The notes: a model not told the origin generated them from the sequence alone. Shown: positions 19,487 through 30,218, counted from the stretch's first letter. The stretch is DNA of 64,000 nucleotides from Caloramator sp. (GCA_026418935.1 JAOAAJ010000103.1:1986-65985), one strand, 5' to 3'. Program-made: numbers and translations.

Positions 19487-21541
19487 ATGAATATCAAATA
19501 TTTAAAGGGTGTTGGAGAAAAAAATGCACAATATTTAAATTTGCTTGGGATTAAATCAGTAGAAGATTCTATTTTTTATTTTCCAAGAGATTATGAAGAT
19601 AGACAAAGTGTAAAAAAAATAAAGGATTTAAAGGATGGAGAAATAGCTACTTTGATTGTTGAAGTTGCGTTAATTAATGGTACTAAAAAAACACAGACTG
19701 GGAAAAGGCTTACATCTGTTGTTTTTAAAGATGATACGGGATATATTACTGGTATATGGTTTAATCAGCCTTACATGAAAAAGGCATTTAAAGTAGGCGA
19801 AAAAGTACTTCTTTATGGTAAAATAAATAGAAAATATGCAGAACTTCAAATTGTAGACCCGAAATATGAAAAAAACTATAGAGAAGGCTTAGATGATGGT
19901 GAAAATATATTACCTTTATATCCATTGAATAAATATTTAACACAGAAAACTTTGAGAAAAATTATAAAAAATGCTTTAGAAAAAAAAGGAGAAGTTGTTC
20001 AGGAGATACTTCCAGAAGAAATTTTAAAAGAATATAAACTATTAGATATATATACGGCTTTAGACAATATTCATTTTCCAAAGAGTAAGTATATGTTAGA
20101 TAAAAGTATATATAGGTTAAAGTTTGAAGAGTTGTTTGTTTTACAACTTGGATTACAATATTTTAAAAAAAGTATAAGTTCGGACTTAACTGCATATCCT
20201 ATACAATTATCGGATAAATTGAAGGATTTAAAGACAGCCTTACCCTTTGAATTAACAAATGCTCAATCAAGAACAATTAGAGAAATACTACTTGATATGA
20301 AAAAAAATAAACCAATGAATAGGCTGGTTCAGGGAGATGTAGGGTCAGGTAAAACGGTTATTGCATCTATTGCAATGTTTAATTGTGCAATGGCAGGGTA
20401 TCAAGCTGCTATGCTTGCACCTACTGAAATTTTAGCAGAACAGCACTATCATTCTGTTAAATCGCTATTAGATAGATTTGGATTAAATATAGAGCTGATA
20501 ACAGGAAGTACAACTAAAAAACAAAAGGAGAGAATATTAGAATCACTTTTAAAGGGAGAAATTGATATAATTATTGGTACACATGCATTATTACAGGAAA
20601 ATGTTGAATTTAAAAACTTGGCATTGGTTGTTACAGATGAGCAGCATAGGTTTGGCGTTAGACAAAGATCATCCCTTATTTCAAAGGGACATAATCCTCA
20701 TGTTTTGGTTATGACAGCAACCCCAATTCCAAGAACGCTTGCACTATTTTTATATGGTGATATGGATATATCTATAATTAATGAACTGCCAAAGGGAAGG
20801 CAGAAGATAGATACATATTTTGTTAGAAGTACAATGAGGCAGAGAGTATATAATTTTATTAAAAAAGAGGTAGAAGAGGGAAAACAAGCGTATATTGTAT
20901 GTCCTTTAGTTGAGGAATCTGAAAAAATAGAAGCAATTTCAGCAGAAGAGGCGTATGAATATCTTGTAAATAATATATTAAACGGAAATAAAAATTTGGC
21001 GGCAATATTGCACGGTAAAATGTCAAATGAAGAAAAATATTTCATAATGCAAAATTATAAGGAAGGAAAAATTAAGGTTCTGGTATCTACTACTGTTGTA
21101 GAAGTAGGAGTAAACGTACCAAATGCGACTGTTATGGTAGTTGAAAATGCAGAAAGATTTGGGCTTGCACAGCTCCATCAATTAAGGGGAAGAGTTGGAA
21201 GAGGAAATTTAAAATCCTATTGTATATTGATATCAGATGCTACTAACAAGGAATCAATTGAGAGATTGAACATTATGACAAAAACAAATGATGGCTTTGT
21301 TATATCTGAGAAGGATTTAGAACTTAGAGGAACTGGTGAACTTTTTGGTTTAAGACAACATGGTTTACCTGATTTGAAGATAGCTGATATTCTAAAGGAT
21401 ATTGAAATTCTTAAAGTCACAAAGGATTTGGCAAAAAAAATAATTGAAGAAAATATGATAGATAATAAAGAGTTTATAGCTTTGAAAAATAAAATAAATT
21501 TGTTATTTAAAGAAAAAATTGATACAGCAACATTTAATTAG
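19487..21541 (+). CDS. recG: ATP-dependent DNA helicase RecG
   Basis: QGDVGSGKT, DEQHRFGVRQR, MTATPIPRT, QLHQLRGRVGRG. Confidence 0.98.
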   Translation: MNIKYLKGVGEKNAQYLNLLGIKSVEDSIFYFPRDYEDRQSVKKIKDLKDGEIATLIVEVALINGTKKTQTGKRLTSVVFKDDTGYITGIWFNQPYMKKAFKVGEKVLLYGKINRKYAELQIVDPKYEKNYREGLDDGENILPLYPLNKYLTQKTLRKIIKNALEKKGEVVQEILPEEILKEYKLLDIYTALDNIHFPKSKYMLDKSIYRLKFEELFVLQLGLQYFKKSISSDLTAYPIQLSDKLKDLKTALPFELTNAQSRTIREILLDMKKNKPMNRLVQGDVGSGKTVIASIAMFNCAMAGYQAAMLAPTEILAEQHYHSVKSLLDRFGLNIELITGSTTKKQKERILESLLKGEIDIIIGTHALLQENVEFKNLALVVTDEQHRFGVRQRSSLISKGHNPHVLVMTATPIPRTLALFLYGDMDISIINELPKGRQKIDTYFVRSTMRQRVYNFIKKEVEEGKQAYIVCPLVEESEKIEAISAEEAYEYLVNNILNGNKNLAAILHGKMSNEEKYFIMQNYKEGKIKVLVSTTVVEVGVNVPNATVMVVENAERFGLAQLHQLRGRVGRGNLKSYCILISDATNKESIERLNIMTKTNDGFVISEKDLELRGTGELFGLRQHGLPDLKIADILKDIEILKVTKDLAKKIIEENMIDNKEFIALKNKINLLFKEKIDTATFN

Positions 21542-21581
21542 CAATAATAGCACCTCCGTTAATAATTATCTTAAATTTCTA

Positions 21582-21610
21582 GAGTAAAAAACTCTAAATG
21601 GGTTAAATTA
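21582..21610 (+). promoter_or_regulatory. Forespore (sigma-G/F-type) promoter candidate for ssp
   Basis: GAGTA...GGTTAAATTA resembles GnATA / GGnnAnAnTR; spacing is imperfect. Confidence 0.35.
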
Positions 21611-21642
21611 ATAATAGAAAAACAAACAGGAGGTGCATTAAA

Positions 21643-21840
21643 ATGAAAAACAGAACAATAGTACCTGAAGCTAAGGCAGCATTACAACAATTTAAATATG
21701 AGGTTGCAAATGAAATAGGAGTTCAAGTTCCAACATCAGGATATTGGGGAAACATGACATCAAGAGATTGTGGTTCAGTAGGTGGCTACATGGTTAAGAA
21801 GATGGTAGAAGCTTATGAAAGAAATTTAGCAGGTAAATAA
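21643..21840 (+). CDS. alpha/beta-type small acid-soluble spore protein
   Basis: VPEAKAALQQFKYEVANEIGV...TSRDCGSVGGYMVKKMV. Confidence 0.96.
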   Translation: MKNRTIVPEAKAALQQFKYEVANEIGVQVPTSGYWGNMTSRDCGSVGGYMVKKMVEAYERNLAGK

Positions 21841-21846
21841 CAATAC

Positions 21847-21885
21847 AAAAGAAAAGGGGCCTTAAATTAAGGTCCCTTTTCTTTT
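21847..21885 (+). terminator. Terminator after ssp
   Basis: AAAAGAAAAGGGGCCTTAA...TTAAGGTCCCTTTTCTTTT. Confidence 0.8.
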
Positions 21886-21996
21886 ATTTATTAAAACCAA
21901 ATTATTAACAAAAATTAAAATTATTCAAAAAATAAAGAAAAACGTTATTTAAAGAATAAGAATTTAAAAAATAATGAAAAAATCGATTTTTTTGAC

Positions 21997-22025
21997 TTGA
22001 TAAAATGAAGGATTTGATGCATAAT
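21997..22025 (+). promoter_or_regulatory. sigma-A promoter candidate for gdhA
   Basis: TTGATA-17nt-CATAAT. Confidence 0.45.
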
Positions 22026-22063
22026 ATTATTAGAAGATTGCGAAAGCAAGAGGGGGTATTTAA

Positions 22064-23428
22064 ATGGTAAAAGTAAAAATGTCACCAGCCGATTATGTAG
22101 CACAAGTAATTGAAAACGTTAAGAAGAGAAATCCTCATGAACCAGAATTTTTACAAGCAGTTGAAGAAGTTCTACCTTCATTAATACCAGTTTTAGAAAA
22201 ACATCCAGAATATATTGAAGAAAATCTATTAGAAAGATTCTGTGAACCAGAAAGACAAGTAATGTTTAAAGTGCCATGGGTAGATGATCAAGGTAATTTA
22301 CATGTAAATAGAGGATTTAGAGTTCAATTTAATGGGGCAATCGGTCCATATAAGGGAGGATTAAGATTCCATCCATCAGTTACATTGAGTGTAATTAAGT
22401 TCTTAGGATTTGAGCAAATTCTAAAGAATTCATTAACAGGACTACCAATAGGTGGAGGAAAAGGTGGATCAGATTTTGACCCAAGAGGAAAATCTGATGC
22501 TGAAATAATGAGATTCTGCCAAAGCTTTATGACAGAACTATATAGACATATTGGACCAGATGTTGACGTTCCAGCAGGAGATATTGGTGTTGGTGCAAGA
22601 GAAATAGGTTATCTATATGGACACTATAGAAGAATTAGAGGTGCTTTTGAAAACGGAGTATTAACAGGAAAAGGTTTATCATATGGTGGTAGCTTAATAA
22701 GACCAGAAGCAACAGGTTATGGAGTTACATATTTCTGTCAAGAAATGTTAAAGCATGATGGAGAAACATTTGAAGGCAAGACAGTTGCAGTATCAGGATT
22801 CGGAAATGTTGCATGGGGTGCATGTAAGAAGGTTGCAGATTTAGGTGGTAAGGTTGTTACTCTATCAGGACCAGATGGATATATCTACGATCCAGATGGA
22901 GTTGTAGGAGAAAAGATTGACTATCTATTAGAAATGAGAAATTCAGGAAGAGACAGAGTACAAGACTATGCTGATAAGTTTGGAGTTCAATTCTTCCCAG
23001 GAGAAAAACCATGGGGTGTAAAGGTAGATATAGTGATGCCATGTGCTACCCAAAATGATATTCATTTAGAACATGCTAAGCAAATTGTTGCAAATGGAGT
23101 TAAGTATGTTTGCGAAGGTGCTAACATGCCTTGTACAAATGAAGCTATACAATATTTCTTAGATAATGGTGTGGTTGTTGGACCAGCAAAGGCTGCAAAT
23201 GCAGGTGGTGTTGCAACATCAGCTCTTGAAATGTCACAAAATAGTATGAGAATGTCATGGACAGCAGAGGAAGTAGACCAAAAATTACATCAAATAATGG
23301 TAAATATCTACAATAATGTTGTTAAGGCATCAGAAGAATATGGATTTGGATACAATCTTGTAGCAGGTGCAAATATTGCTGGATTTATAAAGGTTGCAGA
23401 CGCAATGCATGCACAAGGAAATTATTAA
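22064..23428 (+). CDS. gdhA: NADP-specific-family glutamate dehydrogenase
   Basis: GPYKGGLRFHPSV, GGGKGGSDFDP, DVPAGDIGVG, RPEATGYG, SGFGNVA, KAANAGGV. Confidence 0.96.
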   Translation: MVKVKMSPADYVAQVIENVKKRNPHEPEFLQAVEEVLPSLIPVLEKHPEYIEENLLERFCEPERQVMFKVPWVDDQGNLHVNRGFRVQFNGAIGPYKGGLRFHPSVTLSVIKFLGFEQILKNSLTGLPIGGGKGGSDFDPRGKSDAEIMRFCQSFMTELYRHIGPDVDVPAGDIGVGAREIGYLYGHYRRIRGAFENGVLTGKGLSYGGSLIRPEATGYGVTYFCQEMLKHDGETFEGKTVAVSGFGNVAWGACKKVADLGGKVVTLSGPDGYIYDPDGVVGEKIDYLLEMRNSGRDRVQDYADKFGVQFFPGEKPWGVKVDIVMPCATQNDIHLEHAKQIVANGVKYVCEGANMPCTNEAIQYFLDNGVVVGPAKAANAGGVATSALEMSQNSMRMSWTAEEVDQKLHQIMVNIYNNVVKASEEYGFGYNLVAGANIAGFIKVADAMHAQGNY

Positions 23429-23429
23429 T

Positions 23430-23458
23430 AAAAAGGAACCCTTCGGGGTTCTTTTTTT
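23430..23458 (+). terminator. Terminator after gdhA
   Basis: AAAAAGGAACCC-ttcg-GGGTTCTTTTTTT. Confidence 0.88.
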
Positions 23459-23536
23459 ATTGCCCTAAGTGTTATCATTTTACTTTTTTGCAATATGTGT
23501 TAAAATATTTAAAGGCTTATACAAGGAGGGCATATT

Positions 23537-24091
23537 ATGAGGATAATAACAGGTATTGCAAGAGGAAGGGTTATAAAAGCACCAGAAGGATTAAATACAA
23601 GGCCTACATCAGATAGAGTAAAGGAATCAATGTTTAATATAATAGATTATCATTATAGCTATGAAAAGGTACTTGATTTATTTGCTGGTAGTGGAAATTT
23701 AGGTTTAGAAGCAATAAGTAGAGGTGCAAAAAAATGTATTTTTGTTGAACAAAGTAAAGAAGCCTATAATTATCTTGTTGATAATATAAAAAATCTTAAA
23801 TTTCAAGAACATAGTGAACATTATAAACAGGATGCCTTTGTTGCATTAGAAATTTTATCAAAGCGAGGAGAAAAATTTGATTTAATATTTTTAGACCCAC
23901 CGTATGGTAAAGGGCTGGTAGAAAAGTCTATTGATATGATTTATAAAAAGGATTTATTAGATGACGATGGTGTTATTGTCTCAGAACAGGATGTTAATGA
24001 TATTATACCAGATATAATAGGTGATATTAAAAAAGTTAGAGTAGAAAAATATGGTCGTACAACTATAGCCTTTTGGAGTAAGGAGGAATAA
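23537..24091 (+). CDS. rsmD: 16S rRNA m2G966 methyltransferase
   Basis: [30 protein letters not shown]. Confidence 0.96.
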   Translation: MRIITGIARGRVIKAPEGLNTRPTSDRVKESMFNIIDYHYSYEKVLDLFAGSGNLGLEAISRGAKKCIFVEQSKEAYNYLVDNIKNLKFQEHSEHYKQDAFVALEILSKRGEKFDLIFLDPPYGKGLVEKSIDMIYKKDLLDDDGVIVSEQDVNDIIPDIIGDIKKVRVEKYGRTTIAFWSKEE

Positions 24092-24092
24092 A

Positions 24093-24584
24093 ATGTCAAA
24101 AACAGTTGTTTATCCAGGTAGTTTTGATCCTATTACTAATGGACATCTTGATATTATACAAAGGGCATCTAAAATATTTGATAGGGTAATAGTTGCAGTG
24201 TTAGAAAATCCAGAGAAAAAAAACCCTCTATTTAATGTAAATGAGAGGGTAGAACTTATAAAAAGAGTTACAAAAGATATCGAAAATGTTGAAGTTGAAA
24301 GCTTTAGAGGGTTATTAATAGATTTTATGAGGAAAAAAGAATCTAAAATAATAATTAAAGGTCTTCGTGCAGTATCTGATTTTGAATATGAATTCCAGAT
24401 GGCTCTTATGAATAATAAATTAGATGAAAATATTGAAACATTATTTATGATGACAAGCAGCCAATATTCCTATTTAAGTTCATCTTCGGTTAAACAGGTA
24501 GCAATGTATGGTGGATGCCTAAAGGGATTGGTGCCTGATGAAATAATAAATGATATAAAGGAAAAGTTTAGAACAAATCGTTAG
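24093..24584 (+). CDS. coaD: Pantetheine-phosphate adenylyltransferase
   Basis: [31 protein letters not shown]. Confidence 0.98.
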   Translation: MSKTVVYPGSFDPITNGHLDIIQRASKIFDRVIVAVLENPEKKNPLFNVNERVELIKRVTKDIENVEVESFRGLLIDFMRKKESKIIIKGLRAVSDFEYEFQMALMNNKLDENIETLFMMTSSQYSYLSSSSVKQVAMYGGCLKGLVPDEIINDIKEKFRTNR

Positions 24585-25713
24585 TTTTTTTCTTAAATAA
24601 AAAGAATAAAGTATTAAAAATGAATATAAACATTAACATTAAAATAGTTGTATATACAAATAGATTGTTAATATTAATTGTATTATTAAGATTTATTGCT
24701 TCTAAATTTATATTTTTACATATAAAGAAACAAACAATTGAAGACAGCACACCGTGATTAATTTTTGATAGTACATATTTTTTAAAACTTATATTACAGC
24801 CTTCAAGAACTCCCTTTACTTGATAAAGTATCGAAATACCACTAAAGGATAAAATAAAGCTTATTGCCAACATTTTATTAGAAATACTTGAGGAAACTAT
24901 AAGTTTACAACCATTAGATATTTCAAAAAGTGACTTAATGAATATAGATAGGTCATCGCCACTTATTTTAAATAATTTTGATAATATAAATGAAATAAGA
25001 TTAAAAAAATTAATGGTATCAAGTAGGTTAATAACTACAGAGAAAAATATTATGTATCCAGCTATAAATCCCATAGTTATAAGAGAATTTTTTATTGAAT
25101 TGTTTAGATTTATAATAGTATCTTTGTGTTCAAATTTGTATTCTTTTTTTTCGATTTTAGAGAATAAATTACATATTATACCATTTAATATTGAACCAAT
25201 AATATGTGATGCATAAAGTATATAACCTAATAGATTGCTCTTTAGCATACCAGCACCTACTGCACCTATAATAAATAAAGGGCCTGAAGTACTGCTAAAG
25301 GTAAGAATTTTTTCCCCTTCTTTAGGGGATATTTTTTTTGCGTCAATAAGTTCCCTAACAACCTTTGCCCCTGCAGGATAACCTGAAAAGATACTAATAA
25401 TAAAAGCATATGCACCATAGCCTGATGTTTTAAATATTTTATTTATGGGTTTGTTAAAAATATAAGCAATGTTTTCAGTAATTCCAACAGACATAAGCAA
25501 GTCATTAATAATAAAGAAGGGGAAAAGAGATGGGAAAACAGTATACAAAAATAGATTTAATCCCTCCTTTGCAGAATTCAAAGAAACAGAAGGGTGCAGA
25601 ATTATTAAAATTAAGATTAAAAATATCATTAATTTCAATCCAAAAGGATTATATTTTTTAATAAATAATAATATAAATGATATAGCAATTAGTATAAACA
25701 ATATTTTTTCCAT
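24568..25713 (-). CDS. ylbJ: Sporulation integral membrane protein YlbJ (start reassigned to ATG 25713)
   Basis: [42 protein letters not shown]; GAGGTGG RBS; B. subtilis-like synteny after coaD. Confidence 0.88.
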   Translation of the reverse strand: MEKILFILIAISFILLFIKKYNPFGLKLMIFLILILIILHPSVSLNSAKEGLNLFLYTVFPSLFPFFIINDLLMSVGITENIAYIFNKPINKIFKTSGYGAYAFIISIFSGYPAGAKVVRELIDAKKISPKEGEKILTFSSTSGPLFIIGAVGAGMLKSNLLGYILYASHIIGSILNGIICNLFSKIEKKEYKFEHKDTIINLNNSIKNSLITMGFIAGYIIFFSVVINLLDTINFFNLISFILSKLFKISGDDLSIFIKSLFEISNGCKLIVSSSISNKMLAISFILSFSGISILYQVKGVLEGCNISFKKYVLSKINHGVLSSIVCFFICKNINLEAINLNNTININNLFVYTTILMLMFIFIFNTLFFLFKKKTNDLF

Positions 25714-25743
25714 AGCCACCTCAAATTTATTTTATTCAATTTA

Positions 25744-25771
25744 TATTTATGATTGGTGGGGGATGTATATG
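25744..25771 (-). promoter_or_regulatory. sigma-E-type promoter candidate for ylbJ
   Basis: Minus strand cATAta-14nt-CATAAAT; the last consensus T of the -10 is not matched. Confidence 0.4.
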
Positions 25772-26557
25772 TATAAAAACCTAAAAATAGGATTAGCTTT
25801 AGGTTCAGGTGCATCGAGGGGGCTTGCTCACATTGGAGTTATAGAAATGTTAGAGAAATATGGAATAGTTGCGGATGCAGTAGCAGGAAGTAGTATAGGT
25901 TCAGTTATTGGTGCATTATATTGTTGTGGATTTGATTTTAAATATGCTGCGTCTTTTTGTAAAAATCTTAATAAAAAAACTTATATTGATGTCTCAGTAC
26001 CAAGATTAGGTTTTATAAAAGGTGAAAGAATATGTGAAATCATAAAATTATTAACAAAGGATAAGGAATTTAAAGATTTAAACAAAAAATTTTTTGTTGT
26101 TGCAACAGATTTAAAAAGTAAAAGACTTGTAGTGTTTGAGGAAGGGAAAATTTACGAAGCAATAAGAGCAAGTATATCTATACCTGGTGTTTTTATACCT
26201 GTGTATAAGGATGATATGGTTTTAGTTGACGGAGGTGTTTTAGAGAGAGTTCCTGCAAAAATACTGAAAAATTATGGCGTTGATTATGTAATAGGCGTAG
26301 ATGTTGGATTTAATCTAAAGACTTCAAATTGCAAAAGTATATTTCACGTTCTTTATGAGTCCATAGACTTAATGGAGAAGGAGCTTTTTGAACTTAAAAA
26401 ACAAGATGCTGATAAACTTATAAGAGTTGATATAGATGATGTTGACCCAATAGGTTTTGAGCATGCTGAAGAGACTATAGAAAAGGGAAGGCAGGCAGCT
26501 ATAAAGCAAATGGAAGAGTTAATAAAGGAATTAGATTTCATAGCTGCCAGTAAATAG
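25769..26557 (+). CDS. Patatin-like phospholipase (YlbK-like); start reassigned to ATG 25769
   Basis: GSGASRG, GSSIG (GxSxG), DGG motifs; GGTGGGGG RBS. Confidence 0.9.
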   Translation: MYKNLKIGLALGSGASRGLAHIGVIEMLEKYGIVADAVAGSSIGSVIGALYCCGFDFKYAASFCKNLNKKTYIDVSVPRLGFIKGERICEIIKLLTKDKEFKDLNKKFFVVATDLKSKRLVVFEEGKIYEAIRASISIPGVFIPVYKDDMVLVDGGVLERVPAKILKNYGVDYVIGVDVGFNLKTSNCKSIFHVLYESIDLMEKELFELKKQDADKLIRVDIDDVDPIGFEHAEETIEKGRQAAIKQMEELIKELDFIAASK

Positions 26558-27761
26558 GACTCTTTTTTAAGTCGCTTTTAGAAAGTCTATTTTTATCCTT
26601 TAATGCAAGTGCATAAATGTCAGATGAATCTATATCTAATTTTAATTTTTCGTAGTCATCTCTTCTTAGATTAGTTATTATTGGAATGGAAGATTTCTCT
26701 TTCATAATTTTAATAAGCTCACGACCTTTATTGTTAAAACCTAAGATTCTTATATATTCAGGTTTTTCATTTACTTTGTGAAGAATTTCATTGGTGTGAT
26801 TTAATAGTATATTTATCAATATACGCTGAATTCTTGTTTGAGTATATCTTTTTGATTTTACATATTCTATTAGTTGGTATATGTCATATGTATCTTCGGC
26901 AGCCTGCTTTAATTTAAATTCTAACCCTTCAGATACATCTATAATATTTTTTAATTCTTGGGGTGATTTTATCCTTATTAGATAATAAATTATGTCCTCA
27001 AAGCTTTTTAGGCTTATGGGGGCATTATTATTTTTAATTTCTTCCTTTATAATTTCATAACAGAATTGAGGCATAGAATTTAAAACTTCTTCATTATATA
27101 TGTTTTTTCTAATAGAGGTTGCACTAGATATATTACCTGTTAAGTTTTCTTGAGTATATTTATTTACAATTCTTTTTATTGTAAAGGGTTTTAAATTAGA
27201 GTTTAACTTCAAGATTGACTTTATATATTCAATTCCCAGTATATTATTTGAGTTTTTTAGTATATTTTCTACATTAATATCATTTACATTTAACAAATTG
27301 TGATATATTATATAATTGTTGAGACTTTTTAACCTTGCAGAAGGAAATGACATCCCTAATTTAAGGTAATTCTTTAAATGTTGTTTATATTCATAGGGTT
27401 CGTAGACTAAAACTTCTGCAATTTTATAGAGTAGAGATATATCTCCACATTCACTACCAAAACATATGTTGTTAACTATATTGGTTGAATCAAGGGTTGC
27501 TATAGCACCAAAGGCAAAGCCTTCTGCGCTTGATTTTGAGTATATTACAGGAAGTTCTATTACTAAATCTACGCCAGCGTGGAGAGCCATTTTAGTCCTT
27601 GACCATTTATCAACAAAGGCGGGTTCGCCACGTTGAACAAAGGAACCACTCATAACGGCAACAAGAGCATCGCAATTTGTTATTTCCTTTGTTTTACTTA
27701 TGTGATAAATGTGACCATTATGTAGTGGGTTGTATTCTACTATTATTCCTGTAACATTCAT
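26538..27761 (-). CDS. tmcAL: Nucleotidyltransferase YlbM / tRNA(Met) cytidine acetate ligase
   Basis: VEYNPLHNGH (HIGH-like), MSGSFVQRGEP, NNILGIEY, SATSIR, KSKRYTQTRIQR. Confidence 0.9.
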   Translation of the reverse strand: MNVTGIIVEYNPLHNGHIYHISKTKEITNCDALVAVMSGSFVQRGEPAFVDKWSRTKMALHAGVDLVIELPVIYSKSSAEGFAFGAIATLDSTNIVNNICFGSECGDISLLYKIAEVLVYEPYEYKQHLKNYLKLGMSFPSARLKSLNNYIIYHNLLNVNDINVENILKNSNNILGIEYIKSILKLNSNLKPFTIKRIVNKYTQENLTGNISSATSIRKNIYNEEVLNSMPQFCYEIIKEEIKNNNAPISLKSFEDIIYYLIRIKSPQELKNIIDVSEGLEFKLKQAAEDTYDIYQLIEYVKSKRYTQTRIQRILINILLNHTNEILHKVNEKPEYIRILGFNNKGRELIKIMKEKSSIPIITNLRRDDYEKLKLDIDSSDIYALALKDKNRLSKSDLKKSPIYWQL

Positions 27762-27876
27762 TAAAAATACCTCCTAATTATTTGATAAATATATTATATT
27801 TATAAAAAGATTATTTGTCACGCATTGATAAATAGTTTTACAATGCGTAATAATATAAAAAGAAAGGGGTATGATT

Positions 27877-28881
27877 ATGTCAATAATGCAAACTATATGG
27901 GAAAAAGCAAAGCAAGACAAAAAAAGAATAGTTCTTCCAGAAGGAAATGAAAAAAGAACTGTTAAAGCTGCTGAAATAATTAAAAGAGAAGGATTAGCTG
28001 AAGTTGTTTTAATAGGAAAAAGAGAAGAAATTGAAGCAACAGCAAAGGAAGTTGGAGCAAACATAGAGGGTGTTGAAATAATTGACCCAGTTTTATCAGA
28101 AAAATTTGATACATATGCAGAACAATTTTATGAATTAAGAAAGAGTAAAGGTGTAACAATAGAACAAGCAAGAGAAATAATAAAAGATGAAATATATTTT
28201 GGTACTATGATGGTTAAGATGAAGGATGCAGATGGTCTTGTTTCAGGTGCAATTCACTCAACTGGAGACCTTTTAAGACCAGCACTTCAAATAATAAAAA
28301 CTGCACCTGGTATGTCAATAGTTTCAAGCTGTTTTGTTATGGAAATACCAAACAAGCAATATGGTGAAGAAGGATTAATGTTATTTGCAGATTGTGCTGT
28401 TAATCCAAACCCAACAGCTGAAGAGCTTGCATCAATTGCAATAGCTACAGCAAATACAGGAAAGGTTCTATGTGGAATTGAACCAAGAATTGCTATGTTA
28501 TCCTTCTCAACTAAGGGTAGTGCAAAGCATGAGCTTGTAGATAAGGTTGTTAAGGCTACTGAAATAGCAAAGGAAAAGGCACCACACCTAATGATAGATG
28601 GAGAATTACAATTAGATGCTGCTATAGTACCAAAGGTTGCTGAGTTAAAGGCTCCAAATAGTACAGTTGCTGGAAAGGCAAATGTATTGGTATTCCCAGA
28701 CTTACAAGCTGGTAACATAGGATATAAGCTTGTTCAAAGATTAGCTGGTGCTGAAGCTATAGGACCAATTTGTCAAGGATTTGCTGCACCTGTAAATGAT
28801 TTATCAAGAGGATGTAGCGTTGAAGATATAGTAAATGTTGTTGCTATAACAGCAGTTCAAGCACAAGGTATCAATCTATAA
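27877..28881 (+). CDS. pta: Phosphate acetyltransferase (start ATG 27877 by RBS spacing)
   Basis: [38 protein letters not shown]. Confidence 0.97.
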   Translation: MSIMQTIWEKAKQDKKRIVLPEGNEKRTVKAAEIIKREGLAEVVLIGKREEIEATAKEVGANIEGVEIIDPVLSEKFDTYAEQFYELRKSKGVTIEQAREIIKDEIYFGTMMVKMKDADGLVSGAIHSTGDLLRPALQIIKTAPGMSIVSSCFVMEIPNKQYGEEGLMLFADCAVNPNPTAEELASIAIATANTGKVLCGIEPRIAMLSFSTKGSAKHELVDKVVKATEIAKEKAPHLMIDGELQLDAAIVPKVAELKAPNSTVAGKANVLVFPDLQAGNIGYKLVQRLAGAEAIGPICQGFAAPVNDLSRGCSVEDIVNVVAITAVQAQGINL

Positions 28882-28903
28882 TGCAAGGAAAGGGGATAAA
28901 CAA

Positions 28904-30103
28904 ATGAAGGTATTAGTAATCAACTGTGGAAGCTCATCTCTAAAGTATCAATTAATTAATATGGAAAATGAAAAGGTAATGGCAAAGGGCCTTGTAGAAA
29001 GAATAGGAATTGAAGGTTCACAGCTTAAACATCAACCAGATGGAATGGATAAAATAGTTGTTGAAAAGCCAATGAAGGACCATAAGGATGCTATAAAAGT
29101 AGTTCTTGATGCTCTTTTAGATGAAAACTATGGTGTAATTAAAGATATGAATGAAATTTCAGCTGTAGGACATAGAGTTGTTCATGGTGGAGAAAAGTAT
29201 TCAGGATCAGTATTAATTAATGATGATGTTATGAAGGTACTTGATGAATGTACACACCTTGCACCACTACATAACCCACCAAATATAATAGGAATTAATG
29301 CTTGTAAGGATTTAATGCCACAAACTCCAATGGTTGCTGTTTTTGATACTGCATTCCATCAAACAATGCCAAAGCATGCTTATATGTATGCACTACCATA
29401 CGAATTATATGAAAAGCATGGTATAAGAAGATATGGATTCCATGGAACATCACATAAGTATGTTTCAAAGGTTGCAGCAGAGCAAGTTGGTAAAGATATT
29501 AAGGACTTAAAGATAATTACTTGTCACTTAGGAAATGGTGCGAGCGTTGCAGCGATAGATGGTGGAAAATCAGTTGATACAAGCATGGGATTCACTCCAC
29601 TTGAAGGTCTTGCAATGGGAACAAGATGTGGAGATATTGACCCAGCTATAGTAACTTTCTTACAAAAGGAAGAAAATTTAAGCTATGAAGAAGTAAATAA
29701 TATAATGAATAAAAAATCAGGTGTACTTGGAATTTCTGGTGTGAGCAGTGACTTTAGAGATATTGAGAATGCAGCATTTGATGGAAATGAGAGAGCTCAA
29801 TTAGCACTTGATGTATTCCACTACAAAGTTAAAAAATACATAGGAGCTTATACTGCTGCAATGGGTGGACTTGATGTATTAGTATTTACAGCTGGACTTG
29901 GTGAAAACTCACCAGAAACAAGATTTGAAGTATGCAAGAATATGGAATATTTAGGAATTATGGTTGATGCAGAGAAGAATAAGGTAAGAGGAAAGATTCA
30001 AGAAATTTCAACTGAAGACTCAAAGGTTAAGGTATTTGTAATACCAACTAATGAAGAATTAATGATAGCTCGTGATACTGTTGAAATAGTTAGAGGTTTA
30101 TAA
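28904..30103 (+). CDS. ackA: Acetate kinase
   Basis: [40 protein letters not shown]. Confidence 0.98.
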   Translation: MKVLVINCGSSSLKYQLINMENEKVMAKGLVERIGIEGSQLKHQPDGMDKIVVEKPMKDHKDAIKVVLDALLDENYGVIKDMNEISAVGHRVVHGGEKYSGSVLINDDVMKVLDECTHLAPLHNPPNIIGINACKDLMPQTPMVAVFDTAFHQTMPKHAYMYALPYELYEKHGIRRYGFHGTSHKYVSKVAAEQVGKDIKDLKIITCHLGNGASVAAIDGGKSVDTSMGFTPLEGLAMGTRCGDIDPAIVTFLQKEENLSYEEVNNIMNKKSGVLGISGVSSDFRDIENAAFDGNERAQLALDVFHYKVKKYIGAYTAAMGGLDVLVFTAGLGENSPETRFEVCKNMEYLGIMVDAEKNKVRGKIQEISTEDSKVKVFVIPTNEELMIARDTVEIVRGL

Positions 30104-30109
30104 TAAAAT

Positions 30110-30145
30110 TATGGCAAGAAAAATAAACATATTTTTCTTGCCATA
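30110..30145 (+). terminator. Long hairpin after ackA
   Basis: ATGGCAAGAAAAATA-aaca-TATTTTTCTTGCCAT (15 bp perfect); weak U-tract. Confidence 0.6.
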
Positions 30146-30159
30146 TCATAATTTAAGCC

Positions 30160-30188
30160 TTGACTTTTCAAAATACAGCTTATATAAT
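30160..30188 (+). promoter_or_regulatory. sigma-A promoter of DUF177-rpmF
   Basis: TTGACT-17nt-TATAAT. Confidence 0.75.
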
Positions 30189-30218
30189 TAATTGTGGCAC
30201 TTTGATTGAGGTGAGTTT

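Noticed and set aside
21934-21950. cre (CcpA)-like AAGAAAAACGTTATTT upstream of gdhA
   Set aside because: Spacing around the central CG does not fit TGWAANCGNTNWCA; likely AT-rich coincidence
25469-25768. 100-aa N-terminal extension of the patatin ORF
   Set aside because: It overlaps ylbJ on the opposite strand; a proper RBS and ATG lie at 25755-25771
27815-27843. Rex operator upstream of pta
   Set aside because: Only one half-site (TTTACAA) fits TTGTWAA-N4-TTWACAA; kept only as an unassigned inverted repeat
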